DNA from: Candidatus Margulisiibacteriota bacterium
GTDB taxonomy: Bacteria; Margulisbacteria; Riflemargulisbacteria; GWF2-39-127
Length of the DNA stretch: 64,000 bases
Assembly: GCA_003242895.1 (NCBI GenBank)
Contig: QKMY01000043.1
Span: 19,106 to 83,105, forward strand
Direction of reading: 5' to 3'
Every line of letters starts with the position of its first letter. Positions within the stretch are counted from its first letter, which is position 1. The position numbers and the translations under genes were made by a program. This document shows positions 20,400 through 30,176 of this stretch, piece by piece. A model generated the notes under the pieces. It had not been told where the DNA came from, did no database searches, and was given only the letters and a program-made list of their open reading frames with translations.

Positions 20400-21389
20400 A
20401 TGACTGTTATATTATATATTATTTTTATAGCTCTCTCGGTCTACATATACACTAGGCCGACGATCATGGTATTTAAGTATCATCATATCAGTCCTTTACC
20501 AGAGAATAACCTTAACTACCGGCCTGATACCTTTGACAGACAGATCACTTATATGCTGAATCAAGGATATCAATGCATCAGCGCAGAAGAAATGTATTTC
20601 CAGGTATTTCTCAAAAAAAAAATCAAAAAAAAACAATTTGTTATTACCTTTGACGACGGTTATCTTGATAATTATCTGTACGCATACACTATCCTCAAAA
20701 AACATAACATTCCGGCAACAATATTCTTAACGACTTCACTCATTGCAGATAATGACCAAGAAAGAAATTGTGATAATGCAGTCATGAAAGATGATAATGA
20801 CGCTTTTATTGAATCCTTAAAGAAACGCTACGAAAGTTATCTGAACTGGACTGAAATAGAAGATATGCACAAATCCGGATTAATTGATTTTGAACCTCAC
20901 GGTCATTATCATAGGTATATTTATGTCTCGGATAAGATCGAATATTATAACATTGGAAAAACATTATATGAAAGTTTCAAACTTAAGTCACTCGAAGATA
21001 ATACCATAAAAATCGGTTCCGACGTTTTTAACTCCGGGCCAAGCCTTGCATATCGAGCCTACGATCCACATACCAGAATACGCGAGACTGATTGGCAAGC
21101 TTACAAACGATTTGTTGACGAAATAGGCATTTCAAAGAAAATGATTGAAGAAAAGCTTGAAAAACATTGCGACTTCTTTTCCTGGCCATGGGGTAAGTTC
21201 TGTCACTCAAGCGTTAATGCGGCAAAATATCTAGGGTTTAAAATGATATTTACCAGCTACCCCGGTACAAATAGCCGATTCACTAATCATTTTTACATAA
21301 AACGTTTTAATCCATGCTTAAATGACAAAATATTCAGGAAACAAGTAAAAAAATTCTCGAATTTCCTGCTATCATTATTTAATCGTTAG
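20400..21389 (+). CDS. polysaccharide deacetylase (NodB homology domain) with N-terminal membrane anchor
   Basis: Hydrophobic N-terminus ILYIIFIALSVYIY. NodB motif 1 ITFDDGYLDNY and the HGHYH metal motif. Carries A10 and A9 tracts in the coding sequence. Confidence 0.7.
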   Translation: MTVILYIIFIALSVYIYTRPTIMVFKYHHISPLPENNLNYRPDTFDRQITYMLNQGYQCISAEEMYFQVFLKKKIKKKQFVITFDDGYLDNYLYAYTILKKHNIPATIFLTTSLIADNDQERNCDNAVMKDDNDAFIESLKKRYESYLNWTEIEDMHKSGLIDFEPHGHYHRYIYVSDKIEYYNIGKTLYESFKLKSLEDNTIKIGSDVFNSGPSLAYRAYDPHTRIRETDWQAYKRFVDEIGISKKMIEEKLEKHCDFFSWPWGKFCHSSVNAAKYLGFKMIFTSYPGTNSRFTNHFYIKRFNPCLNDKIFRKQVKKFSNFLLSLFNR

Positions 21390-21512
21390 CTTTGTTTAAC
21401 CTATGCTTAGCCGCTGTCCAAACCCTTGATCGGATTACTGGTACTGCGTAGACCAATAAACTGGAAACAGCGTTCATTACTTATTCCAGTGAAATAATCC
21501 CCTACAATTATC

Positions 21513-21541
21513 ATGACCATTTCAAAAGATTGTAGTATAAT
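21513..21541 (+). promoter_or_regulatory. putative promoter (ATGACC-N17-TATAAT) upstream of the GT4 gene at 21580
   Basis: Hexamers read at 21513-21518 and 21536-21541. Confidence 0.3.
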
Positions 21542-21579
21542 TACCCTGTGGAATTAATAAATTACGGAATACCAATATA

Positions 21580-22821
21580 ATGAAAAAGTTAAAAATAATC
21601 CATCTATTATCAGACAAATCGATTGTCCCGTCACCACAGCAAGGTGCTGTGCAAAATGTAGCGACCAATTTAGCCGATCAACTTGCGGGTAAACACGATA
21701 CTTATATAGTTTCCTGCTTGGGTAAAGACCAGAAACAATATGAGCTGATCAACGGAGTTCATTATCTGAGGGTTATGCACCGGCTCAAAGGTTTTTACCA
21801 TTACGTCAACAAACTTTCTTTTAACGCGTCATATTACGAGTACCTATTAACATCGGCTTTTGTCATCAAGAAGCTAATGCCGGATATTCTCATCGTCCAC
21901 AACAGACCTGACTATGTCCAGTTACTCCGTAAACACCTTGGTAACGCAGTCAAAATTATTCTCCATGAACATAATCATAATATACGAGATATGTTTTCTG
22001 AGCGCAAAGCCCGGAGAATACTGGATGAAACCGATCTTATTATTGAACTGAGTGAATATAGCAAGAATTATGATATTACAGAGAAATACTCTAAGTATGC
22101 CGGTAAAGCGTGTGTCATTAATAACGCAGTTGACAGCATGATTTTCCGTCCATATTGGGAATCAGAAAACAAACGCCGGCAATTACGAAAAGAACATGGC
22201 CTGGAAAACAAAACAGTAATCTTATTTGCCGGAGCAATTCGAGAAAGAAAGGGCATTCATGTCCTTGTCGATGCGATGGAAAAACTCATAAATGACCATT
22301 CCGATACAGTGCTCCTCATAGCAGGAGGATCAGCTCAGAATACTAACGCAACTGACTCATTTAGTAAAAAAGTATTTAAAAAAGCAAAACAATTGGGAGA
22401 TAAAATAAAAATATTAGGATTTATCCCGCATAGTGAAATGCCGGATATCTATTTGATGGCGGATATTTTCTGTGCTCCCTCGGTATGGGACGAACCTTTT
22501 GGGCTCATCCTCGTTGAGGCAATGGCGACGGGGCTGCCGGTAGTAAGCTCAAAAAGAGGTGGAATTCCTGAAATCGTGGAAGACCGGAAAACCGGACTTC
22601 TGGTTGAGAATCCTGAAGATGCGATTAGTCTTGCCGATTCGCTGACAACGCTATTAAATGATCATAAAATGAGAACCAGCATGGGCAGAAAAGGAAGAGA
22701 AAGAGTAGAGAATAACTTTTCCTGGAAAGATTCCGCGCAGCAGTTAAATAAAATTTTAACTATTGTCGAAAACAAAAGATTAAACAAATTTCGTAGATTT
22801 GATAGAAGGGTAGGCAATTAA
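21580..22821 (+). CDS. glycosyltransferase family 4
   Basis: Motif EPFGLILVEAMATGLPVVSSKRGGIPEIVEDRKTG (E-x7-E region). Confidence 0.8.
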   Translation: MKKLKIIHLLSDKSIVPSPQQGAVQNVATNLADQLAGKHDTYIVSCLGKDQKQYELINGVHYLRVMHRLKGFYHYVNKLSFNASYYEYLLTSAFVIKKLMPDILIVHNRPDYVQLLRKHLGNAVKIILHEHNHNIRDMFSERKARRILDETDLIIELSEYSKNYDITEKYSKYAGKACVINNAVDSMIFRPYWESENKRRQLRKEHGLENKTVILFAGAIRERKGIHVLVDAMEKLINDHSDTVLLIAGGSAQNTNATDSFSKKVFKKAKQLGDKIKILGFIPHSEMPDIYLMADIFCAPSVWDEPFGLILVEAMATGLPVVSSKRGGIPEIVEDRKTGLLVENPEDAISLADSLTTLLNDHKMRTSMGRKGRERVENNFSWKDSAQQLNKILTIVENKRLNKFRRFDRRVGN

Positions 22822-22898
22822 GTATTTTACCAAAATATATTTTTGTTTTATAATATTTAGGATTTCTTATAAAATTATTTTACAATAAGGAGTAAAAG

Positions 22899-23936
22899 AT
22901 GAAAAAAGCATTAATCACAGGGATAACAGGACAAGACGGTTCGTATCTTACCGAGATTCTCATTGACAAAGGTTACGAGGTTCACGGAATTATCAGACGC
23001 AGTAGCCAGTTTAACACGGGAAGAATTGACCACCTGTATCAGGACCCTCATAACCAAGATATAAAAATGCATCTTCATTACGGAGACCTTACTGACTCAA
23101 GCAACCTCAATCGAATCCTTGAGAAAGTCCATCCTGACGAGATCTATAACTTAGCGGCTCAGTCCCACGTACAGGTGTCATTTCAAGTCCCTGAGTATAC
23201 TGCTGAAGTCGATGCAGTAGGCACTCTCAGGTTTCTTGATGCTATCAAAGAGACTGGAATTAAGACAAGATTTTATCAGGCTTCAACGTCTGAATTATAT
23301 GGAAAAGTACAAGAAGTTCCTCAATCAGAGACCACTCCCTTCTACCCACGGTCACCTTATGCGGTCGCTAAGCTTTATGCATATTGGATTGTTGTGAACT
23401 ATCGAGAGGCGTATAACCTGCATGCCTCAAATGGTATCCTGTTTAACCATGAGTCACCTCGTCGCGGCGAAACTTTCGTAACCAGAAAAATTACACTTGC
23501 CGTAGCGGACATTTTAGCCGGAAAAAAAGAAAAGCTTTTCATGGGAAATCTCGACGCAAAAAGAGATTGGGGTTTTGCTCCTGATTTTGTCGAAGGTATG
23601 TGGAGAATTATGCAACAAGATGAACCGGGTGATTATGTTCTTGCTACCGGAGAGATGCATACCGTAAAAGAGTTCATCGAGCGTTCATTTAAGGTTGCTG
23701 GAATAGATATTGAATGGAAAGGCCACGCCAGGGAAGAAGTCGGGATTAACAAAAAAACCGGTAAAGTTATAGTCGAAATAGATCCTCGCTATTTCCGTCC
23801 TGCAGAAGTTGAACAGTTGCTGGGTAATCCTGCAAAAGCTAAATCAAAACTTGGTTGGGAACCAACTGTAAAATTTGACGACCTCGTTGAGATTATGGTA
23901 AAAGCGGACTGTAAAGCCGTTGGCATTAATTTATAA
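22899..23936 (+). CDS. gmd: GDP-mannose 4,6-dehydratase
   Basis: Motifs [24 protein letters not shown] (YxxxK) and [17 protein letters not shown]. Confidence 0.95.
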   Translation: MKKALITGITGQDGSYLTEILIDKGYEVHGIIRRSSQFNTGRIDHLYQDPHNQDIKMHLHYGDLTDSSNLNRILEKVHPDEIYNLAAQSHVQVSFQVPEYTAEVDAVGTLRFLDAIKETGIKTRFYQASTSELYGKVQEVPQSETTPFYPRSPYAVAKLYAYWIVVNYREAYNLHASNGILFNHESPRRGETFVTRKITLAVADILAGKKEKLFMGNLDAKRDWGFAPDFVEGMWRIMQQDEPGDYVLATGEMHTVKEFIERSFKVAGIDIEWKGHAREEVGINKKTGKVIVEIDPRYFRPAEVEQLLGNPAKAKSKLGWEPTVKFDDLVEIMVKADCKAVGINL

Positions 23937-24000
23937 TATCACAAACTCTTTATACTGAGACCAGGTTTATTATATTGTAATTAATTAAAAAGGAATAAGC

Positions 24001-24936
24001 ATGAATAAAAACTCAAAAATATACGTAGCAGGACACAATGGTCTCGTTGGCTCTGCATTAATGAGAAAGCTATCGAATGATGGCTATACGAATATTGTTT
24101 ACAGAACGGGACGAGAACTTGATCTGCGAGAACAAGCAGCCGTCCGGAATTTCTTCGAGCAGGAGAAGCCCGAGTACGTCTTTTTAGCTGCTGCAAAAGT
24201 TGGAGGCATTCATGCTAACAATACCTATACCGCAGAATTTATCTATGATAATCTCATGATAGAATCGAACGTTATACACCATAGCTACAAAAATAAGGTA
24301 AAAAAATTACTATTTCTGGGAAGCTCTTGTATTTATCCCAAATTGTCATCTCAACCGATAAAAGAAGAATATTTGCTTACCGGGGAATTAGAACCGACGA
24401 ATGAGCCTTATGCAATTGCCAAGATTACCGGAATTAAAATGTGTCAGTCTTACAACAAGCAATACGGAACGAAGTTTATCAGTGTCATGCCGACGAACCT
24501 TTATGGTCCAAATGATAACTACGACCTTCAGAATTCTCATGTTCTTCCGGCCCTTATTAGAAAATTTCATGAAGCGAAGGTTAATAGTTCACCAACCGTA
24601 TGCGTCTGGGGTACTGGCAGCCCCCGCCGTGAATTCCTTTATGTCGATGATCTTGCCGATGCTTGTGTTTATTTAATGAACTCTTATGAAGGCGATGACA
24701 TCGTGAATATCGGTACAGGAGAAGATATTACGATCGCAGAACTTGCTTCAACCATAAAAACCATTGTAGGATTTCAAGGAGAACTTGTTTATGATACCAC
24801 GAAACCTGATGGAACACCTCGCAAACAGCTTGATGTCAACAAGGTTCATGGACTAGGCTGGAAACATAAAACAGCGCTTAAAGACGGGATACTGAAAGCG
24901 TACCAAAGCTACATTGAAAAAAGCAAAGCTTATTAG
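24001..24936 (+). CDS. fcl: GDP-L-fucose synthase (GDP-4-keto-6-deoxymannose 3,5-epimerase/4-reductase)
   Basis: Motifs [21 protein letters not shown] (YxxxK) and [12 protein letters not shown]. Follows gmd. Confidence 0.9.
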   Translation: MNKNSKIYVAGHNGLVGSALMRKLSNDGYTNIVYRTGRELDLREQAAVRNFFEQEKPEYVFLAAAKVGGIHANNTYTAEFIYDNLMIESNVIHHSYKNKVKKLLFLGSSCIYPKLSSQPIKEEYLLTGELEPTNEPYAIAKITGIKMCQSYNKQYGTKFISVMPTNLYGPNDNYDLQNSHVLPALIRKFHEAKVNSSPTVCVWGTGSPRREFLYVDDLADACVYLMNSYEGDDIVNIGTGEDITIAELASTIKTIVGFQGELVYDTTKPDGTPRKQLDVNKVHGLGWKHKTALKDGILKAYQSYIEKSKAY

Positions 24937-24984
24937 GCTAATTAGCTTAAGGCTAAATTAACAAAGCATACCAGGTTAGCAATA

Positions 24985-25866
24985 GTGAAAAAAAAGATAA
25001 AAATAAATTTTGCAGATTTCTGGCCTGACTTTATTAAAACAGATAATTATTTTTATAATCTACTGCGCCAGGTCTATGATGTCGAAATATCAGAATCACC
25101 GGATTTTCTGTTTTATTCCGCATTTACCAATAACCACAAAAAATATAAATGTCTAAAAATATATTACACCGGAGAGAACCGCAGACCTGACTTCAATGAA
25201 TGTGATTACGCTTTTACTTTTGATTACATCGACAACCCGGACCATTACAGATTGCCTCTTTATGTCATGTATGATGAGCCTACAAAACTCATTAAACCAG
25301 CTTCTTTTAATGCTGAAGATATATTAAAAGAGAAAACAAAATTCTGCAATTTCGTCTTTTCAAATGGGAGAGATTCTGCAAAAAAACGTACCGATTTTTT
25401 TCATGCTTTGTCAAAATACAAAAGAGTAGATTCAGGAGGCAAATTCCTCAATAACATCGGAGGTCCAGTAAAAGACAAACTTGCCTTCATCAAAGATTAC
25501 AAATTTACAATTGCGTTTGAGAATGCCTCATATCCCGGGTATACTACCGAAAAAATATTTCAGCCTATGCAAGTTAACAGTCTGCCGATCTATTGGGGAA
25601 ATGAACTTGTCGATAGAGATTTTAATACCAAAAGCTTTTTGAATTACCATGAGTTTGAAAGTATGGAAGCGTTGATTGAAAAGGTGATTGAATTAGACAA
25701 AAATGACGACCATTATATAGAATATGTAAAACAACCTTTTTACAAAAACAATACCTTAAATGAATTTATCAATCCGGAAAAAATTCTGAAACAATTTGAT
25801 TATATTTTAAAAAATGAGAAAGTTCCCGTTGCTCAAGCCAAGAAGAAACGCTTTTTCTTTTTCTGA
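24985..25866 (+). CDS. alpha-1,3(/4)-fucosyltransferase, glycosyltransferase family 10
   Basis: Strong resemblance to Helicobacter pylori FutA: YYTGENRRPDFNECDYAFTFD, YRLPLY, YKFTIAFENASYPGYTTEKI and LPIYWGN..DFNTKSFLN. GTG start. Basic/hydrophobic C-terminal tail KKKRFFFF. Confidence 0.85.
   Translation: MKKKIKINFADFWPDFIKTDNYFYNLLRQVYDVEISESPDFLFYSAFTNNHKKYKCLKIYYTGENRRPDFNECDYAFTFDYIDNPDHYRLPLYVMYDEPTKLIKPASFNAEDILKEKTKFCNFVFSNGRDSAKKRTDFFHALSKYKRVDSGGKFLNNIGGPVKDKLAFIKDYKFTIAFENASYPGYTTEKIFQPMQVNSLPIYWGNELVDRDFNTKSFLNYHEFESMEALIEKVIELDKNDDHYIEYVKQPFYKNNTLNEFINPEKILKQFDYILKNEKVPVAQAKKKRFFFF
25839..25859 (+). repeat. copy 1 of a 21-nt exact direct repeat CAAGAAGAAACGCTTTTTCTT
   Basis: Identical 21-mer read at 25839-25859 and 27967-27987 on the + strand. 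Confidence 0.9.
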
Positions 25867-26029
25867 TATGATGGCAATTTGAAACGGTAATCCTTGTCAT
25901 GATATCCAGTGCAACCGAATAATAGATTCATTATTTATTCTAATTAATGGACGATCATTCGTTATTATGATAATCTATAAAGCAGCATTTTTGCACAACT
26001 ATTTTTGATATAACAACTATATTATTACC

Positions 26030-26965
26030 ATGAGCAAAATAAATATATTTATAACAGGAAGTACCGGATGTGTAGGCTCTTACGTTTTTGACGAGCTCAT
26101 TAAAAACAGCAGCTACAAGCTCCACCTGCTCGCAAAAACTCCCGGCAAACTGCGAATCAACGAGGCACAAAAAGAGAACGTAGTTCCTATTCATTCCAGT
26201 CTTTATTCCATTTCGGAATTCAAAGATTTACTCCAGGAAATGGATTATGTTATTCATATTGCCACCGTTTGGGGCGGGCGGGCATGCTGGGACATTAATT
26301 TTGAAAAAACCATGGAGTTTTTTTCATTGCTCAATCCACAACGATGCCGCAAAATCATCAATTTCTCTACTGCCAGTATTCTAACTGATAATAACGAACT
26401 TATTTCGCAATCTGTTGTGGAGCAAGCAACCGGATATATCGAAACAAAATATAGGCTCTACCAACAGATGAAGTCATTACCTATAGCTTCCAAAATTACA
26501 ACGCTCTTCCCGACGCTAGTTATGGGAGGTGGTTATGGGCATTCAATATCCCATATTAACTCAGGTCTTAAAACAGCAGCAAAATATATAAAACTACTAC
26601 GCTACTTTACTGCTGATTCCCAATTCCATCACATTCACGGACAAGACATTGCCTTAGTTATTAATTATCTTCTTGAAAATGATAACCATGACAACAACCT
26701 GGTATTGGGAAATGATATTATTTCAGCAGACTACATAATTGAGACACTAAGCAAGGTAAAAGGGGTTAACCGAAGCTTCAAGCTGGATATCACCGACGGA
26801 ATTACTAAATATTTCCCTCAGCTCCTCAATATGTCCCCATGGCAAAAGTACAGCCTTGAAAAGCGCCACTTTGTATATAATACGGTGAATACCAAGACAT
26901 TTGGAATAGATTCTCCGTATCAGGATTTTGAGTATTGTGTCCGCGATTGTCTTGGCTTAATATAA
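26030..26965 (+). CDS. NAD(P)-dependent epimerase/dehydratase (extended SDR) family protein
   Basis: N-terminal Rossmann motif IFITGSTGCVGSYV. Size and context fit a sugar-nucleotide-modifying SDR. Otherwise divergent. Confidence 0.55.
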   Translation: MSKINIFITGSTGCVGSYVFDELIKNSSYKLHLLAKTPGKLRINEAQKENVVPIHSSLYSISEFKDLLQEMDYVIHIATVWGGRACWDINFEKTMEFFSLLNPQRCRKIINFSTASILTDNNELISQSVVEQATGYIETKYRLYQQMKSLPIASKITTLFPTLVMGGGYGHSISHINSGLKTAAKYIKLLRYFTADSQFHHIHGQDIALVINYLLENDNHDNNLVLGNDIISADYIIETLSKVKGVNRSFKLDITDGITKYFPQLLNMSPWQKYSLEKRHFVYNTVNTKTFGIDSPYQDFEYCVRDCLGLI

Positions 26966-27003
26966 GGCAGCTTATTAAATCTTAAAATCATAAGGAGCCC
27001 CCC

Positions 27004-27945
27004 ATGAACAACAAAAGCAAAGCAGTTGTCGTGACGCCTCTATACAAAGAAACCTTGAGCGATAACGAGGTTATTTCTTTCATCCAATTAGTACATGTGC
27101 TCAAAAACTGGCCGTTGGTTTTTGTATGTCCGGAAAACCTTAATTTAACTTATTACCAACAGTTTTTAAACGATAAAGATCTCAATATCACTTTTTTAAG
27201 ACTTCCAGCTGTTTTTTTTAAAGATGTTGAAGCCTATAACAGATTGATGTACCAAAAATCTTTTTACAAAAAATTCATTAATTATGAGTATGTGCTTATA
27301 TATCAGCTTGATTGCCTTGTGTTCTCTGATGAACTTAGTTACTGGTGTGATCAGGGATATAGTTACATTGGAGCTCCCTGGTTGCGTGGAAACAAATTTA
27401 CTGGAGTAGCCGGTAACGGAGGCTTTTCTTTACGAAAAGTAGATGACATAATTGCAGCGATTGAATGTTACTTAAGTAAAAGAAATAAAATATTAAATTT
27501 GATTTATAAGATTAATCAAATAAAACTGACCCCCCACGCATCATTTTATGAGTTATTAAAAAAAACCATATTTTTAGGATTAACGTGGGTCTACTTAAAA
27601 ACCAGTAAAATGTATGAATTCAGGAAAAAATATAAAAACACTAACGAAGATATTTTCTTTGTCCGTTATGTTCCCATGTTTTATAAACAGTTTAATATTG
27701 CAAAACCTAAAGTTGCACTTAGGTTTTCTTTCGAAAAAAGTCCCAGATTTCTCTATAAAATCAATAAGAACAAACTTCCATTCGGATGTCATGCATGGCA
27801 GGTGTTTGACCTGGAATTCTGGAAAGAACAGTGTCCAGCATTATTCGTGAAATTTTCAGATAACCAGAATCTGACAGCAGAAGATTCTTCTATAGATACT
27901 GTATCTTTATATCAGGTAGCAACGGAAGCGGTCTCTACCAAATAG
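27004..27945 (+). CDS. DUF5672-like protein (putative glycan-modifying enzyme)
   Basis: Motif YSYIGAPW....GNGGFSLRK is characteristic of DUF5672. AAGGAG RBS, separated from the ATG by a C6 tract. Confidence 0.55.
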   Translation: MNNKSKAVVVTPLYKETLSDNEVISFIQLVHVLKNWPLVFVCPENLNLTYYQQFLNDKDLNITFLRLPAVFFKDVEAYNRLMYQKSFYKKFINYEYVLIYQLDCLVFSDELSYWCDQGYSYIGAPWLRGNKFTGVAGNGGFSLRKVDDIIAAIECYLSKRNKILNLIYKINQIKLTPHASFYELLKKTIFLGLTWVYLKTSKMYEFRKKYKNTNEDIFFVRYVPMFYKQFNIAKPKVALRFSFEKSPRFLYKINKNKLPFGCHAWQVFDLEFWKEQCPALFVKFSDNQNLTAEDSSIDTVSLYQVATEAVSTK

Positions 27946-27960
27946 TTGAAATTCGGCTGC

Positions 27961-28845
27961 TTAAAACAAGAAGAAACGCTTTTTCTTATCATGTTTCCTG
28001 AAAAACCCGGTTATTTCATTCTCGATTTTGAGATTATTGTTTGTGCTCATAATAGCTTCAAGCATAGCAGGTTCATATTTTCTTAATCGAGGCTTCATGC
28101 TTGGATTATGGAGTCCGACATTTTTGCTGTTCAGATCAGCGCATAACCATTTTTCTTTAAACCATTTTTCGAAGTATTCTTCGGTTTTATCATGTGCATG
28201 GCCCCAATGCATCAATTTCTCGTACATTCGTGTTTCATCTTTTATAAAGCTATGATGTTCCAGTAAACCAATTGATAATGGGACATGGACTTCTTTAATG
28301 TTCCCCTCCACTAATCGAGAAAATTTCGGTTTTAATTCAGGTTTATATGCGATTGATATGTTTTGGAAATAAAATTTGTTACGATTTTTTAAGGCTACTG
28401 CCAATGTTTCTCCATTGTATAGTTTTCTGAACAACAGAACTGCTTTTGCTCGAAAATAATTGCCTTCATCAAAATGATCGGAAATATATTTAATAACATT
28501 TTTTAATATTTCAGGCTTCCAAATCTCATCAGAATCAGCAACAAAAAAGATATCAGGATTAATCCGGCTGGAGTTCCTGGCGATTTCCCTTTGCTTGCGA
28601 TCATTATATAGCGGCGCAAGGTTAGGGTCATAGAACTCGCCGAATATCTTCACGATTTTGTTCTTGGGATCAGGGAAATTATTGATGACATTAACGGTAT
28701 TATCGGGAGTGATAATTTCACCGGTAAAACTATATTTTGTATCAGAAATGACAACAATTTCATCCAGCGCATCATAGATACCATTCAGACATTTTCCGAT
28801 GAATTCTTCTTCGTTCTGAACAAGTACAATACCGGTTGTTTTCAT
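27961..28845 (-). CDS. putative GT-A fold glycosyltransferase (GT2-like)
   Basis: N-terminus GIVLVQNEEEFIGKCLNGIYDALDEIVVISD and the acidic motif FVADSDEIW resemble GT2-type folds. C-terminal tail KKKRFFLF. Confidence 0.45.
   Translation of the reverse strand: MKTTGIVLVQNEEEFIGKCLNGIYDALDEIVVISDTKYSFTGEIITPDNTVNVINNFPDPKNKIVKIFGEFYDPNLAPLYNDRKQREIARNSSRINPDIFFVADSDEIWKPEILKNVIKYISDHFDEGNYFRAKAVLLFRKLYNGETLAVALKNRNKFYFQNISIAYKPELKPKFSRLVEGNIKEVHVPLSIGLLEHHSFIKDETRMYEKLMHWGHAHDKTEEYFEKWFKEKWLCADLNSKNVGLHNPSMKPRLRKYEPAMLEAIMSTNNNLKIENEITGFFRKHDKKKRFFLF
27967..27987 (+). repeat. copy 2 of the 21-nt exact direct repeat CAAGAAGAAACGCTTTTTCTT
   Basis: Same as copy 1. Here it is the reverse complement of the last codons (KKKRFFL) of the minus-strand gene 27961-28845. 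Confidence 0.9.
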
Positions 28846-28876
28846 GAAGCACTCCTTAAGTTACTCTGGTCGAATA

Positions 28877-29806
28877 TCACCATTGATAATTGTTACTAAA
28901 ATAAATAAATAAATAATATATATACCGTTTCATGACATAAGGATTTAATCTTATGGATAGCGATAGGCACTTTAATGCACGTTTTTTATCATTAATTTGT
29001 TTTTTATTATATATCTGAGCCATTCTGTAAAAAACATCGGAAAAATATTTTTTATTAAATCCAAAGTTTTGCACATCCTTAATCGCATCAATTTCTTTAT
29101 TGATTACACTGACATACTTCTGTCGTAAGCTTTGTGCTTCGTCTCCTGTAAGTTCTGACAGAACATTGCTGGTACTATAGATACCATTTCTTATGTTGAC
29201 CAGATAGTCGTTAATTATAATCGGTTGATTATCGTTTCCGATCCTGAACCAGAGATCATAGTCCATTGCACACTTATATGAAATATCAAATGATCCATAT
29301 TTTTCGAATAACGATTTTTTTATGAATACCGTCGGATGGGGCACAACCGATCTATTAAACAATTCAGGGTAATAGAAAATCTCGCATAATTGGAATTTTT
29401 GGAATACATTATTATGATCAATTAGCCGGTACCCGCTGTAGAGCCAGTAGAATTCAGGGTTGGTCTCAAAGGCGTTTGTAACTGTTAATAAGACATGATC
29501 ATGCTGATATGAATCATCACTATGAAGGTGATTGATTATGTCTCCGGTTGCTGCCTCGATACCTAAGTTCATAGCATGGGATATCCCTATTGCTTCTTTT
29601 TCATGAATTAGCTTGATCCTCCCCGGGTAATCATTCTGATACTCAAGAATGATATTGAGAGTATCATCTTCAGAAGGAGCGTAGACAAAAATATGCTCAA
29701 GCTGATATTGTTCATTGATGCCTTTTTGCATAATAACGCTCTGAATTGTACTACGGAGAAATCTTTCGGAGTTTTTGGTTATAGTAACAATAGATATTTT
29801 CAACAT
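28877..29806 (-). CDS. glycosyltransferase family 2
   Basis: Motifs ISIVTITKNSERFLRSTIQSVIMQ and HLHSDD (DxD-like). Confidence 0.75.
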   Translation of the reverse strand: MLKISIVTITKNSERFLRSTIQSVIMQKGINEQYQLEHIFVYAPSEDDTLNIILEYQNDYPGRIKLIHEKEAIGISHAMNLGIEAATGDIINHLHSDDSYQHDHVLLTVTNAFETNPEFYWLYSGYRLIDHNNVFQKFQLCEIFYYPELFNRSVVPHPTVFIKKSLFEKYGSFDISYKCAMDYDLWFRIGNDNQPIIINDYLVNIRNGIYSTSNVLSELTGDEAQSLRQKYVSVINKEIDAIKDVQNFGFNKKYFSDVFYRMAQIYNKKQINDKKRALKCLSLSIRLNPYVMKRYIYYLFIYFSNNYQW

Positions 29807-30176
29807 TGTTTAAATTTCTTTTGATATCAAAATTATTAATTCTAACATTTTACTACAGTTCCATGATTAGTTCTATGTGTTGAATAAACGCTACTTCGAT
29901 AATTCTTGCAACCGGTTTAATTATTAAGATAAATTGGCATATATACATTTAACAGAATTATCCGGGGATAAAGACACCGTTTCGACAAACCTTGTCCAGG
30001 TTTTCTTATGCAAATATCTGTGTTATATTATTTAAAGCCTTTTTATATTTAATAACATTATGGTGCCATAACATTTTGTGGTCACTAGATTATACGCTTT
30101 TCATCCTACAACGGAAACAGTTCTAATAGCTTATACGAGATGATATAACTAAACAAATAAAAGGACGGGAAATAAT

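Noticed and set aside
25840-25859. The quasi-palindromic 20-mer AAGAAGAA-ACGC-TTTTTCTT as an intrinsic terminator at the end of the GT10 gene.
   Set aside because: The stem is 8 bp with seven A-U pairs or one G-U wobble and only one G-C pair, so it is too weak to call a terminator. On the minus strand (copy 2) it also acquires an A-C mismatch.
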